This document shows positions 27,700 to 36,084 of a DNA stretch of 64,000 bases, in pieces (the first letter of the stretch is position 1; each line of letters opens with the position of its first letter). The stretch comes from Bacteriovorax stolpii. Lineage in GTDB: Bacteria > Bdellovibrionota > UBA1018. Location: the NCBI GenBank assembly GCA_945860415.1, contig CAMAQA010000002.1, positions 10,193 through 74,192 of the forward strand, in the 5' to 3' direction. The notes beneath the pieces were generated by a model. That model did not search any database and was not told where the DNA came from. It was given only the letters and a program-made list of their open reading frames with translations. The translations under genes and the position numbers were made by a program.

Positions 27700-28263
27700 T
27701 CATCCAGGCCCGTGTAGCTGAGTGACAGCCGGGGTGTCTGGCGAGGAGGATTGAAATGCGATGGCGAGAACTGCAGCATCTGCGACGTAGACAGCCATGC
27801 TGGAAACTGCCAATGCGGTAGCGATCCCCCAGAGAGTCCTTCGACCGGGTCGAAGGAAAGTGGCGACAGTGCGGCTCAGGAAAAAGGCGAGCCCCGGACC
27901 GATCACTCCAAGCGTGAGGATATTTGCCCCCAGGCTGGTCAGCCCGCCGTGCCCCATTCCCACTGCCTGAATGGCAAGGATCAATGCGACGGGCAGGATG
28001 ACGTGCAGGGGGCCCACCAGAAGGGCAAGTAAACCCGTCATGCACAGGTGCGAACTGATTCCGAAGAGCGGCATAGGAATCGGAAGCACCGTGCAGGCGA
28101 AGACCAGTGCCGATCCTACCGTGAGAAGGTTTCTGAACGAAGGATCGCCGGTCGTCGTCAGGGTGTGCTTCATCCGGATCGAGCCCAGGAGAACGGCGGG
28201 TGCCGCCAGCGAGGTCAGCGCCAGGGCATGTGCGGCAGGCAGGATTCCCTCGGAAATGTGCAT
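27700..28263 (-). CDS. cbiM: ECF transporter substrate-capture component, CbiM/NikM family
   Basis: Hallmark N-terminus MHISEGIL and a conserved internal His (GISSHLCMTG). Polytopic. Short for the family at 187 aa. Confidence 0.8.
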   Translation of the reverse strand: MHISEGILPAAHALALTSLAAPAVLLGSIRMKHTLTTTGDPSFRNLLTVGSALVFACTVLPIPMPLFGISSHLCMTGLLALLVGPLHVILPVALILAIQAVGMGHGGLTSLGANILTLGVIGPGLAFFLSRTVATFLRPGRRTLWGIATALAVSSMAVYVADAAVLAIAFQSSSPDTPAVTQLHGPG

Positions 28264-28281
28264 CCGATCACCGCTCTCTTC

Positions 28282-28452
28282 CTATTTTTTGGAGCTGCTC
28301 GGGCTCTTGCCTTCGACAAAGAGGACGTGCTTTCGAACCTTGGGGTCATATTTCTTCTTCTGCAGCTTGTCGGTCGTCTTCTGCTTGTTTTTGGTCGTGT
28401 AGTAGCAAAAGCCGGTTCCTGCGGTTGACACCAGACGAACTTTCTCTCTCAT
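28282..28452 (-). CDS. rpmG: ribosomal protein L33, non-zinc-ribbon (C-) form. 56 aa, absent from the supplied ORF track
   Basis: Manual translation gives [56 protein letters not shown]. This matches the L33 pattern (xRLVSxAGTGxxYxTxKNK…KYDPxVRKHV). Confidence 0.85.
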   Translation of the reverse strand: MREKVRLVSTAGTGFCYYTTKNKQKTTDKLQKKKYDPKVRKHVLFVEGKSPSSSKK

Positions 28453-28470
28453 GGTCGGTACCCCTTTTCT

Positions 28471-28491
28471 TATCGCAATTCAGTTGCGTTA
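28471..28491. promoter_or_regulatory. candidate Zur-type box C
   Basis: tatCGCAAttcagTTGCGtta, 22 nt upstream of the rpmG ATG (minus strand). Confidence 0.5.
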
Positions 28492-28513
28492 TTAGGGCTC
28501 CATATTCAAAACG

Positions 28514-28741
28514 TCAATGGGCATTTTTTGAATCGTTCAGTGCGCGTTTGAACCATTCCAGGACTCGAGAGTAGTGGGCCTCGCCATAGAGTTCTCGAAA
28601 TCGCCTTGTGTCCTGCAAGGCAGTGCTCTGGAGCAGTCGGACCCTGGCCTGCAGGTAGTCGCGAGTCAGGGGTATTCCGCACTTGAGGGTGATGCACTCC
28701 TTCCATTCTTCGAACGATGTCGGAAGTTCAGTCTTTTTCAT
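28514..28741 (-). CDS. hypothetical protein (75 aa)
   Basis: The ATG overlaps the upstream stop (ATGA at 28738-28741). Helical and charged. No known motif. Confidence 0.45.
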   Translation of the reverse strand: MKKTELPTSFEEWKECITLKCGIPLTRDYLQARVRLLQSTALQDTRRFRELYGEAHYSRVLEWFKRALNDSKNAH

Positions 28742-29322
28742 GATTTCCTCGGGTTTAGGTTACGCCACATTTGCGACCCATCGATCGGTCGGACCATTGG
28801 CCTGAGTTCGAGGTCACGCCAGAAATGGCGCAGGTTGATCGCTCGTCGCAGTGAGGTGGGCCGATGACGATTGTGGAACTTTTCTTCGATCCACCGTTCG
28901 TAGTGCTCCATCCATCCAATGAACCGAGCAAAGGTTGGAAGGGCGCTTTGATACTCGGCGGCGGAGGGCGCGGCCGCCAGCTCTGGACTCTTGAGAAGAC
29001 ACCACGGATCCTGGAGGTCCAGACCACGGGCAAAGCGCGGCCTGGGTCGGTGGCGCGACCAGAACCAGAGGCCTTGTCCAGGGACGTGCAGGGTGATGCC
29101 AAACGCCCAGAGACAAACGTCAAAACCGAGCTGTGGGCGACGATCATCCACGTAAGCGGCAGAGCTGGACCATTCGACCTGCTTTTCGAGTTTCCTCAAT
29201 CCAAAGAGGAGTAAGAGATCGGCTTCGGGCGCTTTGATGTCGTGGCCCCAGAGGCAAAACTGATGGTCCCAGTTTCTCAGTCGGTCAGCGTTTGAGAGGG
29301 TGGAAGTGGCCAGAGGGTCCAA
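28738..29322 (-). CDS. hypothetical Trp-rich protein (194 aa)
   Basis: ORF directly downstream of box D. No signal peptide and no known motif. Confidence 0.5.
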   Translation of the reverse strand: MDPLATSTLSNADRLRNWDHQFCLWGHDIKAPEADLLLLFGLRKLEKQVEWSSSAAYVDDRRPQLGFDVCLWAFGITLHVPGQGLWFWSRHRPRPRFARGLDLQDPWCLLKSPELAAAPSAAEYQSALPTFARFIGWMEHYERWIEEKFHNRHRPTSLRRAINLRHFWRDLELRPMVRPIDGSQMWRNLNPRKS

Positions 29323-29341
29323 GGTCTTCTAACCCTGACAT

Positions 29342-29362
29342 AGATGCAACTCAGTTGCAATA
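29342..29362. promoter_or_regulatory. candidate Zur-type box D
   Basis: agaTGCAActcagTTGCAata, 23 nt upstream of ATG 29322 (minus strand). Confidence 0.55.
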
Positions 29363-29376
29363 ACAATCGTCGGGCT

Positions 29377-29754
29377 TCAGTTGCGCGGTGGACTACAGCC
29401 CGTCAGTTTTCCATGGCTCCATTCCAGGAGCCAGGGCGTCGTCGCCACGGCCTTGTCGAGCTCAGTGGCTTGCTCGGGTGCGCGAAAGGCGCGCAGATTG
29501 CGGGGAAGCCTGGCACGATCACGCAAGATTTCGCCGGTTTCTCCTCGAACGTAAATAACGACCGGGGGAGCCGTTGTTCCTACGGCGAGCTGCTCGATCA
29601 AGTCATGGCAGCCCTGACAGCGAGGGCTTGCGAGAACGACTTGAACCTTCGGACCAGTTGCATCGAGGAAGGGACGAAGTCGCGAATCATCGATTGATTC
29701 CAGCGATCGAGGCAGCAGCGCGAGGATCGCAAGGCAGGGAGCCAGGGCACTCAC
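29377..29754 (-). CDS. exported thioredoxin-fold-like protein with a CxxC motif
   Basis: Hydrophobic N-terminus. VVLASPRCQGCHDLIEQL shows the beta-strand, CxxC, helix pattern. The start overlaps the TBDR stop. Confidence 0.45.
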   Translation of the reverse strand: MSALAPCLAILALLPRSLESIDDSRLRPFLDATGPKVQVVLASPRCQGCHDLIEQLAVGTTAPPVVIYVRGETGEILRDRARLPRNLRAFRAPEQATELDKAVATTPWLLEWSHGKLTGCSPPRN

Positions 29755-31928
29755 AAGTCCACCCGCATGGTGAGGCTGACGATTCTTCCGCGGAGCGGTC
29801 CCCAGATGAAATTATTATCCAGATGAAAATGCGTGGGATCGGTGCCGTGCTGGTTCCAGTTCAGCGGAGAAACGCCCATGCCGGTCTGCGTGACGTCAAA
29901 GAGGTTCAGGGCGGTCAGCTTCAGGCTGATCTGCGAGCTGTGCCGGTACCGAAACGAGAGGTCGGTGGTCGTGAACGCCGGAGCACGGGAATTCTTGCGG
30001 CGATCACCGCGAATATCTGCGAACTCCGGCGGGTCCGTGGGATTGGTGTGCTGGAGACTCTCGAAACGATTGCCATAGCGGTACCGAGCAAGATCGCGGG
30101 CACCATAGAGTCTTCCGGTCAGGTGAATCTCAAACGGCCCCCGGTGGCAATCGACGAGAAGTTGCAGCCGCTGCTCGATCGGCGCCGTGGGCAGCCGCCA
30201 GGCGTAACCCGCAGGAAAAATGAACTGCTCGAATCCAGCACTCAGGTCGAGGTCGTTCAGTGCGCTCCATCGAGAGGTCAGTTCGAGTGCACTGATGGCG
30301 TAGGTTTCGTCCGAGTTCCTGAAGACCACGGGATCACCAATCACGACATCCTGTTCGGCATAGGCCATGTTCTCAATCCACGTGACGTAGGCTCCCGCTG
30401 AGGTTTCCCATTTGGACTGGGTGTGGGCCATTCTCGCATGGGCGGAGTGCGATTTCTCCAGCTCCGTGATGCCCACAATAAAGCCCGACTCGCTCAGGCC
30501 ATGCTGCGATTCAAGGAAGGCCAGGGGCACCCTGTACCCCCGACCGTAGCCCAGCTCTCCGCGCCAGTTTCCAGACCAATAGTGATTCAAGTAGGCGCGT
30601 GGCGAGAGCAGGGTCGAAGACAGCTGATTCTGTCCGTCAGGCCGGTCTCGCCAGCGAACTCCCAGTCGGTCGAGGCGCAGCGCCAGTGAGAGATCGGTAT
30701 CCGACGACAGGGCAAGAATGGACTGACCGAAGATGCCTTGTGAGAAGAAATCGAGTGAATCCGAAGGAAGTGCACCCGACTCAAAGAGTTTTACCGATTG
30801 CGAGGACATTCGCTGGCGGCGGGTTTCCGTACCGAGCGTGAAGGCGTGCGCTCCGCTGGACCAGAGGTATCTGAGATCTGCGAACCCCAGCTGGTCGCTG
30901 CTCGAGTAGTCGTAGCCGTGCATGTAGATCGTATCGAGTGCCTGGCTCGCGAATGACCCCCTCGCCTGAATTCGCTGATCGTCGCTCCAACTCTTCTGAA
31001 TGCTCAGAGTGACCTCATCGCGTTCCAGACGAATGTCATCGGTAATGTAGGAAAGGTCGCCGGCAAACGGCAGGCGAACGTTTCCTCCGGGGAGGAGCTG
31101 GTAGTAGTCGAGATTGTCGGAAAGGATGGATCGGGGTCCAGCGGGTCGAAACTTGCTGGTATTTCCGCCAAGTGCCCCGAGAGATTGTCTTGCGTATTTT
31201 GCTTCGGCAAGCCATGAGTCGCCCCATTCTCGAGAGGCTTTCAGGTAGCCAGCCCACTGCCGTGTGGTCGGAAATTCCGAGACGCCATTGCCGTCAACGT
31301 CCCAGAAGCCATTTTCGGAAAGCTGAAATGCGGCGGCAGCCCGTGTCTGCTCATTCGCTGACACCCAGGTGCCCACGGTCGAAACCAGCCGGCTGCCCGC
31401 ATTGCCGAGTTCGGCGATCGTTGAAAAGTCGTTTCCTCTCGGCTTTTGAGTGACGACATTGACGACACCGCCGATGGCTTCCGGCGCCAGCTGGGCTGCA
31501 CCGGTGCCTCGAGAAATCTCGATTCGCTCGACACCGGCAATGGGCATCGCGTCCAGCCCGTAGAGCGACGCAATCGAAGAATGCAGCGGAAACCCGTCGA
31601 CCAACACGGTGGTATGTTCACCGCGCATCCCGTTGAGCATCACCCGCTTGGCGCCGCAATTGGCACAGGTGGTCTGGATGTCGACTCCGGATTCGCTGTC
31701 GAGGGCTTCGATCAGGTTTCGCGAGGATTTCGTGTCCAGGCGTTTCCTGCCGATGGTTCCTGTCGCGACGCTCCCGCCCTGCTTGACTGCGCGAGCACGG
31801 ACTACGGTCTCGTAGAGGATCGGGCCCGCGCTGGTGCGAGGCTCAGCGGCTGCTACCGATGTGAATGATGTGAAAAAGGGCAGTGCCACCAGAGTCGGCA
31901 GCACTGCCCCGCAGATCAGCTTGAGCAC
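29751..31928 (-). CDS. TonB-dependent receptor 1
   Basis: Signal peptide, plug domain (…GVERIEISRGTGAAQLAPEAIGGVVNVVT), a long beta-barrel and a C-terminal aromatic-rich strand. Confidence 0.85.
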   Translation of the reverse strand: MLKLICGAVLPTLVALPFFTSFTSVAAAEPRTSAGPILYETVVRARAVKQGGSVATGTIGRKRLDTKSSRNLIEALDSESGVDIQTTCANCGAKRVMLNGMRGEHTTVLVDGFPLHSSIASLYGLDAMPIAGVERIEISRGTGAAQLAPEAIGGVVNVVTQKPRGNDFSTIAELGNAGSRLVSTVGTWVSANEQTRAAAAFQLSENGFWDVDGNGVSEFPTTRQWAGYLKASREWGDSWLAEAKYARQSLGALGGNTSKFRPAGPRSILSDNLDYYQLLPGGNVRLPFAGDLSYITDDIRLERDEVTLSIQKSWSDDQRIQARGSFASQALDTIYMHGYDYSSSDQLGFADLRYLWSSGAHAFTLGTETRRQRMSSQSVKLFESGALPSDSLDFFSQGIFGQSILALSSDTDLSLALRLDRLGVRWRDRPDGQNQLSSTLLSPRAYLNHYWSGNWRGELGYGRGYRVPLAFLESQHGLSESGFIVGITELEKSHSAHARMAHTQSKWETSAGAYVTWIENMAYAEQDVVIGDPVVFRNSDETYAISALELTSRWSALNDLDLSAGFEQFIFPAGYAWRLPTAPIEQRLQLLVDCHRGPFEIHLTGRLYGARDLARYRYGNRFESLQHTNPTDPPEFADIRGDRRKNSRAPAFTTTDLSFRYRHSSQISLKLTALNLFDVTQTGMGVSPLNWNQHGTDPTHFHLDNNFIWGPLRGRIVSLTMRVDL

Positions 31929-31932
31929 GGAA

Positions 31933-32364
31933 TTACCAGGCGCGCTTCAACGCCGAGCAGGTATTGACGTGAAAGTGAGTGCCATGTTTCCAGCGAATAT
32001 TCACTTCAGAGGGTCTTTCCAGTGACACGTCTTCAGATGGGAGGACGACTCGGATCATGGTCGCTCGGGAGTGGCCGCCCTGAAGGTAGACCCACTTCCC
32101 GTCAGGACTGAGCTTGTCAAACCGAACTCGAATCGGCTCGGGACGATCCGATCCGTGCGAGTAGTTGGTGACGATCAGTGCAGTGGTCCCCTCGAGGCCG
32201 GGGGTGGATTCTGATTGCTGGATGTCAGAAATCTCGACCCGACAGGAGAACCGAGGATCCCCGCGGTCGCGGCCCTCGAATACCAGCGCTGGATCAGCAA
32301 GAGCGGCCCCGGATAAGGCGACGGACAAGCCGAGGGCACCTAGAAATACTGCTAACTTCTTCAT
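31933..32364 (-). CDS. secreted small protein with a His-rich C-terminal patch
   Basis: Signal peptide MKKLAVFLGALGLSVALSGAALA. Contains …NIRWKHGTHFHVNTC…. RBS AAGGAG. Confidence 0.55.
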   Translation of the reverse strand: MKKLAVFLGALGLSVALSGAALADPALVFEGRDRGDPRFSCRVEISDIQQSESTPGLEGTTALIVTNYSHGSDRPEPIRVRFDKLSPDGKWVYLQGGHSRATMIRVVLPSEDVSLERPSEVNIRWKHGTHFHVNTCSALKRAW

Positions 32365-32415
32365 GCGGTTCTCCTTCGTGAATGGATCGTTGATCGGGCT
32401 GTGTATTCAGACCTT

Positions 32416-32640
32416 TCAGCTCGGATCGCCCTGCTGTGCACGTGCGGCAAGGCGCTGCTCCTTGTGTTTCTTCTTCTGTGCGACGTATTCATTGACCGTC
32501 TCGAGCGTCACGCGATGCGGACGGGTCGGCTCGTGGGTGATCGGCGAAATCACGGTAGCGACCGGATCGGCGCGATAGACGGGCGAGTTTCGGCGCATGT
32601 TGCGGCGGCTCTTAGAGATCTTTTTCTTGGGTGTTGCCAT
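32416..32640 (-). CDS. rpmF: ribosomal protein L32, non-zinc-ribbon (C-) form with a C-terminal extension
   Basis: [17 protein letters not shown] is a canonical L32 N-terminus. The position of the CxxC…C ribbon is occupied by SPITHEPTRPHRVT. Confidence 0.75.
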   Translation of the reverse strand: MATPKKKISKSRRNMRRNSPVYRADPVATVISPITHEPTRPHRVTLETVNEYVAQKKKHKEQRLAARAQQGDPS

Positions 32641-33844
32641 TTGTCGGTTCTCCGGTGTGGTGCCCTACGGAATGCAGGGACTTGAAATGGGGTTTTCGGG
32701 TGCGCCGCTTTTCAGAGCGCTCCCACTCTTTTTCGCGTTCTTCGCGGAAAGGATCGCGAAAGCGGCTCCAGTCGAGGTGCATCTCGAAGTCGCTGAGCAG
32801 GCACCGGTCGAGCTCACGAAAAAACGCTTCCGATCGCATCCGCCTCGACACATGAGAATCCCAAGCGAAAGCCAGCTCAGTCATCCGATCTCCGGTTTCA
32901 GGATTCCAGTGTTCGAAGGCCTCGGGGTGATCCTCACGAGCCTGGCGAAGCTCGTCGGCGGGAAGCGTTGCCAGCCAGTATCCATCTCCCGAGCAGTCAA
33001 AGAGCCGAGGGCCTGCCTGCGTGATGGTAAAAGCGACATCGGTCTCCGAGGCGATCCAGGCGGTGCCTTCGCTGCGCAGCAGCTCCTCGGGCCAGCGGCG
33101 CACGAGCTGATAGAACCGTTCGGGGTGAAAGGGACGATTCCTGCGAAAGACCTGCCCGGGCTGGGCGTGCTTCGAGAACTGAAGCCCGAGCCGCCAGACC
33201 GCTCCGTTGGCTGTTCGCTCTGCTGAAAATTCGCGGGAGATCAGCTGGCGGGCCCATTCCGAAGTGATGTCAGACCGCTCCAGAATTTCGGCGCGAGTAT
33301 TCAAGCTCCTCAGGAATTCGGCTGAGGCATGCTTCTCGTGTTCCGTACCCGAAAGGACGAGAGCATCCGAGAAGTCGATCTGGTCGGCGATGGCTTCGAC
33401 CAAGGGTACCTGGCGGTCAAGTCCGATTCGTCGGGTCGAGACCCAGTCGAGAAGAAGCTTGTCAGTGCCAATGGCTGAGACGAACGATCGAATTCGGAAT
33501 CCAGCCTGGTGAAGCGGTTGATCCGCGCCAAAGGCGTCGACAATGGCCCACGGGTCGGCGTCGATCGGGGTCACGAGCCAGATTGCGCTCTCGAGCGGGC
33601 TACTCTGAGCCATCGGAAGCAGCCGGTCTTCGATCGCTTGCCGAACAGAACAGGACGAGCAATCGGAAGTCTCTTTCGAGGGGGTCGTGACTAAGGCGCC
33701 ACCGGAAAGAGTGGCCAGCAGTCGTGCGAGCGAATTGCCTTCTCGTACACGGACACTTTGAACGACGACGACCGAACGCTCGGAGGGAGCAGTGCGCCGC
33801 GATTTCGCAGCCAGGCGTTCGGCAAGTGAGATGATCTCAGCCAT
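32612..33844 (-). CDS. COG0523 paralog with degenerate GTPase motifs (copy 4)
   Basis: The C-terminal half aligns by eye to copy 3 ([11 protein letters not shown]…, [10 protein letters not shown]…DPF). Walker A is replaced by [15 protein letters not shown] by CSSCS, and NKTD by LSGTE. Confidence 0.7.
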   Translation of the reverse strand: MAEIISLAERLAAKSRRTAPSERSVVVVQSVRVREGNSLARLLATLSGGALVTTPSKETSDCSSCSVRQAIEDRLLPMAQSSPLESAIWLVTPIDADPWAIVDAFGADQPLHQAGFRIRSFVSAIGTDKLLLDWVSTRRIGLDRQVPLVEAIADQIDFSDALVLSGTEHEKHASAEFLRSLNTRAEILERSDITSEWARQLISREFSAERTANGAVWRLGLQFSKHAQPGQVFRRNRPFHPERFYQLVRRWPEELLRSEGTAWIASETDVAFTITQAGPRLFDCSGDGYWLATLPADELRQAREDHPEAFEHWNPETGDRMTELAFAWDSHVSRRMRSEAFFRELDRCLLSDFEMHLDWSRFRDPFREEREKEWERSEKRRTRKPHFKSLHSVGHHTGEPTNGNTQEKDL

Positions 33845-35075
33845 GGGTCACCGATTCTCCATCTGCCGTCGTGGGGTTCTGCCAGGACGGAAACGGATCG
33901 TTTGCTTTCAGCCATTGCTCCTTGCCGAGGGCGAGCTCCGAGTCGCTGAGCAGGCAGGAGTCGAGCTTGCTCCTGAGCTCGTCATGATGGCGAGAGCCTT
34001 CGAGCGTGATGATCACGAGCTCCTGCTGGCGATCGCCGAACTGCTCATCCCAGATCGACTGGATGCGAGTCAGTTCTTCTTCGTCCATGTCCCAGTCCTC
34101 GGGAGGCTGGGCGGCGTACCACTCTCCGCCGCTCTCGACCGAACTGACGAGTCCGGCCTGCGACCAGACGCCCACTTCCGAAGGACGCGTGGCGATCCAG
34201 AAAAAGCCCTTCGAGCGAATCACGCTCTTCCAGCCTTCCTGAAAGAGCTGAAACAGGCGCTCTGGGTGAAAGGGCCGCTTGGCCCGATAAACAAAGCTCG
34301 AGATACCGTACTCTTCGGTCTCGGGCTTTTCTTCTCCGCGAAGAATCTTCAGCCATCCCGCCGATTCGGAGGCTTTTTCGAAGTTGAACAGCCCGGTCTT
34401 CAGCACCGTTGCGGGCGCCACCTGACCGTAGCGGCTCTCGATGAGGCGGGCTCCGGGGTTCAGCTTCTTGAGCACTCCCTTGAGGGTGTCCAGCTCGGCA
34501 GCTGAAACCAGATCGGTCTTGTTGAGCACGAGGATATCTGCAAACTCGACCTGTTCCACCAGCAGGTCGGTGATCGTGCGCTCGTCTTCGTCTCCTGCCT
34601 CGAGTCCGCGGGCCCTGAGCTCGTCGGACTGCTGGTAGTCATTCAGGAAGTTGAGCGCGTCGATGACGGTCACCATCGTGTCGAGGCGGGCCAGCTGCGA
34701 GAGCGACACCCCGTTCTCATCCTCGAAGGTGAAGGTTTCAGCCACGGGCAGCGGCTCGGAGATTCCGGTCGATTCAATCAGCAGGGCATCGAATCTCCCC
34801 TCGCGAGCCAGTCGAGCCACCTCGACGAGCAGGTCTTCGCGAAGCGTGCAGCAGATGCAGCCGTTCTGCATTTCGACGAGCTTCTCTTCAGTGCGGCTCA
34901 GGGAGGCTTCGCCACCCTTGACCAGGGCTGCGTCGATGTTCACCGAGCTCATGTCATTGACGATCACCGCCACGCGCATGCCGTCGCGATTTCGAAGCAC
35001 ATGGTTCAGGAGCGTGGTCTTTCCGGCTCCGAGGAATCCGGAAAGAACCGTGACGGGAAGCTGCGAGGACTGCAT
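33837..35075 (-). CDS. COG0523-family GTPase, copy 3
   Basis: [28 protein letters not shown] and a CobW_C-like tail. Confidence 0.9.
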   Translation of the reverse strand: MQSSQLPVTVLSGFLGAGKTTLLNHVLRNRDGMRVAVIVNDMSSVNIDAALVKGGEASLSRTEEKLVEMQNGCICCTLREDLLVEVARLAREGRFDALLIESTGISEPLPVAETFTFEDENGVSLSQLARLDTMVTVIDALNFLNDYQQSDELRARGLEAGDEDERTITDLLVEQVEFADILVLNKTDLVSAAELDTLKGVLKKLNPGARLIESRYGQVAPATVLKTGLFNFEKASESAGWLKILRGEEKPETEEYGISSFVYRAKRPFHPERLFQLFQEGWKSVIRSKGFFWIATRPSEVGVWSQAGLVSSVESGGEWYAAQPPEDWDMDEEELTRIQSIWDEQFGDRQQELVIITLEGSRHHDELRSKLDSCLLSDSELALGKEQWLKANDPFPSWQNPTTADGESVTHG

Positions 35076-35101
35076 CGAGGACTTCCTTTTTCGAGGACGG
35101 A

Positions 35102-35389
35102 TTAGTTTTTTCGGCCCTTCGCGACCAGTCGTGCCTTGATGGTGCGGAGACGATCCGAGAGGTTCGCATCCTTGGCAAGCTTGATGGCCCGGCTGATTCC
35201 TCCCTGCTTGTCGATCGTGCGGATGGCACGAGTCGACAGGCGAAGTGACAGGATCTGGCCGAGCTCCGGAATGGAGTAGCGCTTGCTGACGATGTTGGGC
35301 AGCCAGCGCGTGCGGGTCTTGATGTTCGAGTAGCTGACGAGGTTGCCGGTCGTCGGGCCCTTGCCGGTGAGTTCGCAGAACTTAGACAT
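35102..35389 (-). CDS. rpmB: ribosomal protein L28 (no CxxC pair)
   Basis: [33 protein letters not shown] matches the L28 N-terminus. The start is set at ATG 35389. Confidence 0.85.
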   Translation of the reverse strand: MSKFCELTGKGPTTGNLVSYSNIKTRTRWLPNIVSKRYSIPELGQILSLRLSTRAIRTIDKQGGISRAIKLAKDANLSDRLRTIKARLVAKGRKN

Positions 35390-35708
35390 AAACTTCTCCG
35401 CTTTTCTTGGCGATTCGCACTTTCTTGCCGTCAAGGATCTTCGTGCCGAGCCGAGTGGGCTTGCCGGTTTTCGGGTCTACTGCCATGACATTCGAAATGT
35501 GAATGGGCGCCTCCTTGGCCACAATTCCGCCCTGGGGGTTGGCCTGCGAGGCGCGGACGTGTCGTTTGACCTGGTTCAGACCTTCCAGAATCACCGACTC
35601 TCGCTTGAGCTGCATGGCGATGATGCGAGCCTGCTTGCCTTTTTCTTTTCCGGAGATGACTTCGACCAGGTCGCCTTTGCGGAGCAAACTTCTGATTTGC
35701 GTTTTCAT
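35382..35708 (-). CDS. rplX: ribosomal protein L24
   Basis: [19 protein letters not shown] (KOW motif), …[15 protein letters not shown]… and DGKKVR align to bacterial L24. The start is set at ATG 35708. Confidence 0.85.
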   Translation of the reverse strand: MKTQIRSLLRKGDLVEVISGKEKGKQARIIAMQLKRESVILEGLNQVKRHVRASQANPQGGIVAKEAPIHISNVMAVDPKTGKPTRLGTKILDGKKVRIAKKSGEVYV

Positions 35709-35718
35709 GGGGTCCTCG

Positions 35719-35961
35719 TTACTTCGTGTACTTCTTGCGGAAGCGTTCAATGCGGCCCTGAGTGTCGAGCAGCTTTTCCTTTCCGGTGAAGAAGGGGTGC
35801 GACGCGCTCGAGATTTCAACCTTCACGACGGGATACTCCTTGCCGTCCTCCCAGATCATGGTTTCCTTGGGCTGGGCGGTCGAACGGGTCAGGAAGGCAA
35901 AATCGGACGATACGTCCTTATAGATGACTTCGCGGTATTCGGGGTGGGTGGCCTGCTTCAT
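35719..35961 (-). CDS. rpmE2: ribosomal protein L31 type B (non-zinc form)
   Basis: [12 protein letters not shown]…[14 protein letters not shown]…RFRKKY is the type B signature. No Cys. Confidence 0.9.
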   Translation of the reverse strand: MKQATHPEYREVIYKDVSSDFAFLTRSTAQPKETMIWEDGKEYPVVKVEISSASHPFFTGKEKLLDTQGRIERFRKKYTK

Positions 35962-35975
35962 GGTGTTCTCCGGTC

Positions 35976-35996
35976 ATTTGCAATTTTGTTGCGTGT
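35976..35996. promoter_or_regulatory. candidate Zur-type box E1
   Basis: attTGCAAttttgTTGCGtgt, 18 nt upstream of the rpmE2 ATG. Confidence 0.5.
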
Positions 35997-35998
35997 AG

Positions 35999-36019
35999 TA
36001 GTGCAACTCTGATGCATTT
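35999..36019. promoter_or_regulatory. candidate Zur-type box E2
   Basis: tagTGCAActctgATGCAttt. Its centre is 23 bp from that of E1, and it lies 69 nt upstream of the Fur-family gene. Confidence 0.45.
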
Positions 36020-36084
36020 GTCAAATTCTTCCGGCATGTGACGGCCCCGTTCCCTCCCGAGGGCATCTGCTGTAGGGTCATTCC

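Noticed and set aside
27575-28045. 156-aa minus-strand ORF
   Set aside because: This is an alternative frame inside cbiM with an Arg/Pro/Gly-rich composition. cbiM has the hallmark MHISEG N-terminus.
29377-29754. CQGCH as a c-type haem attachment site
   Set aside because: It is a single CxxCH in a strand-CxxC-helix context typical of thioredoxin folds, in a small protein with no distal ligand pattern. This possibility cannot be excluded without a search.
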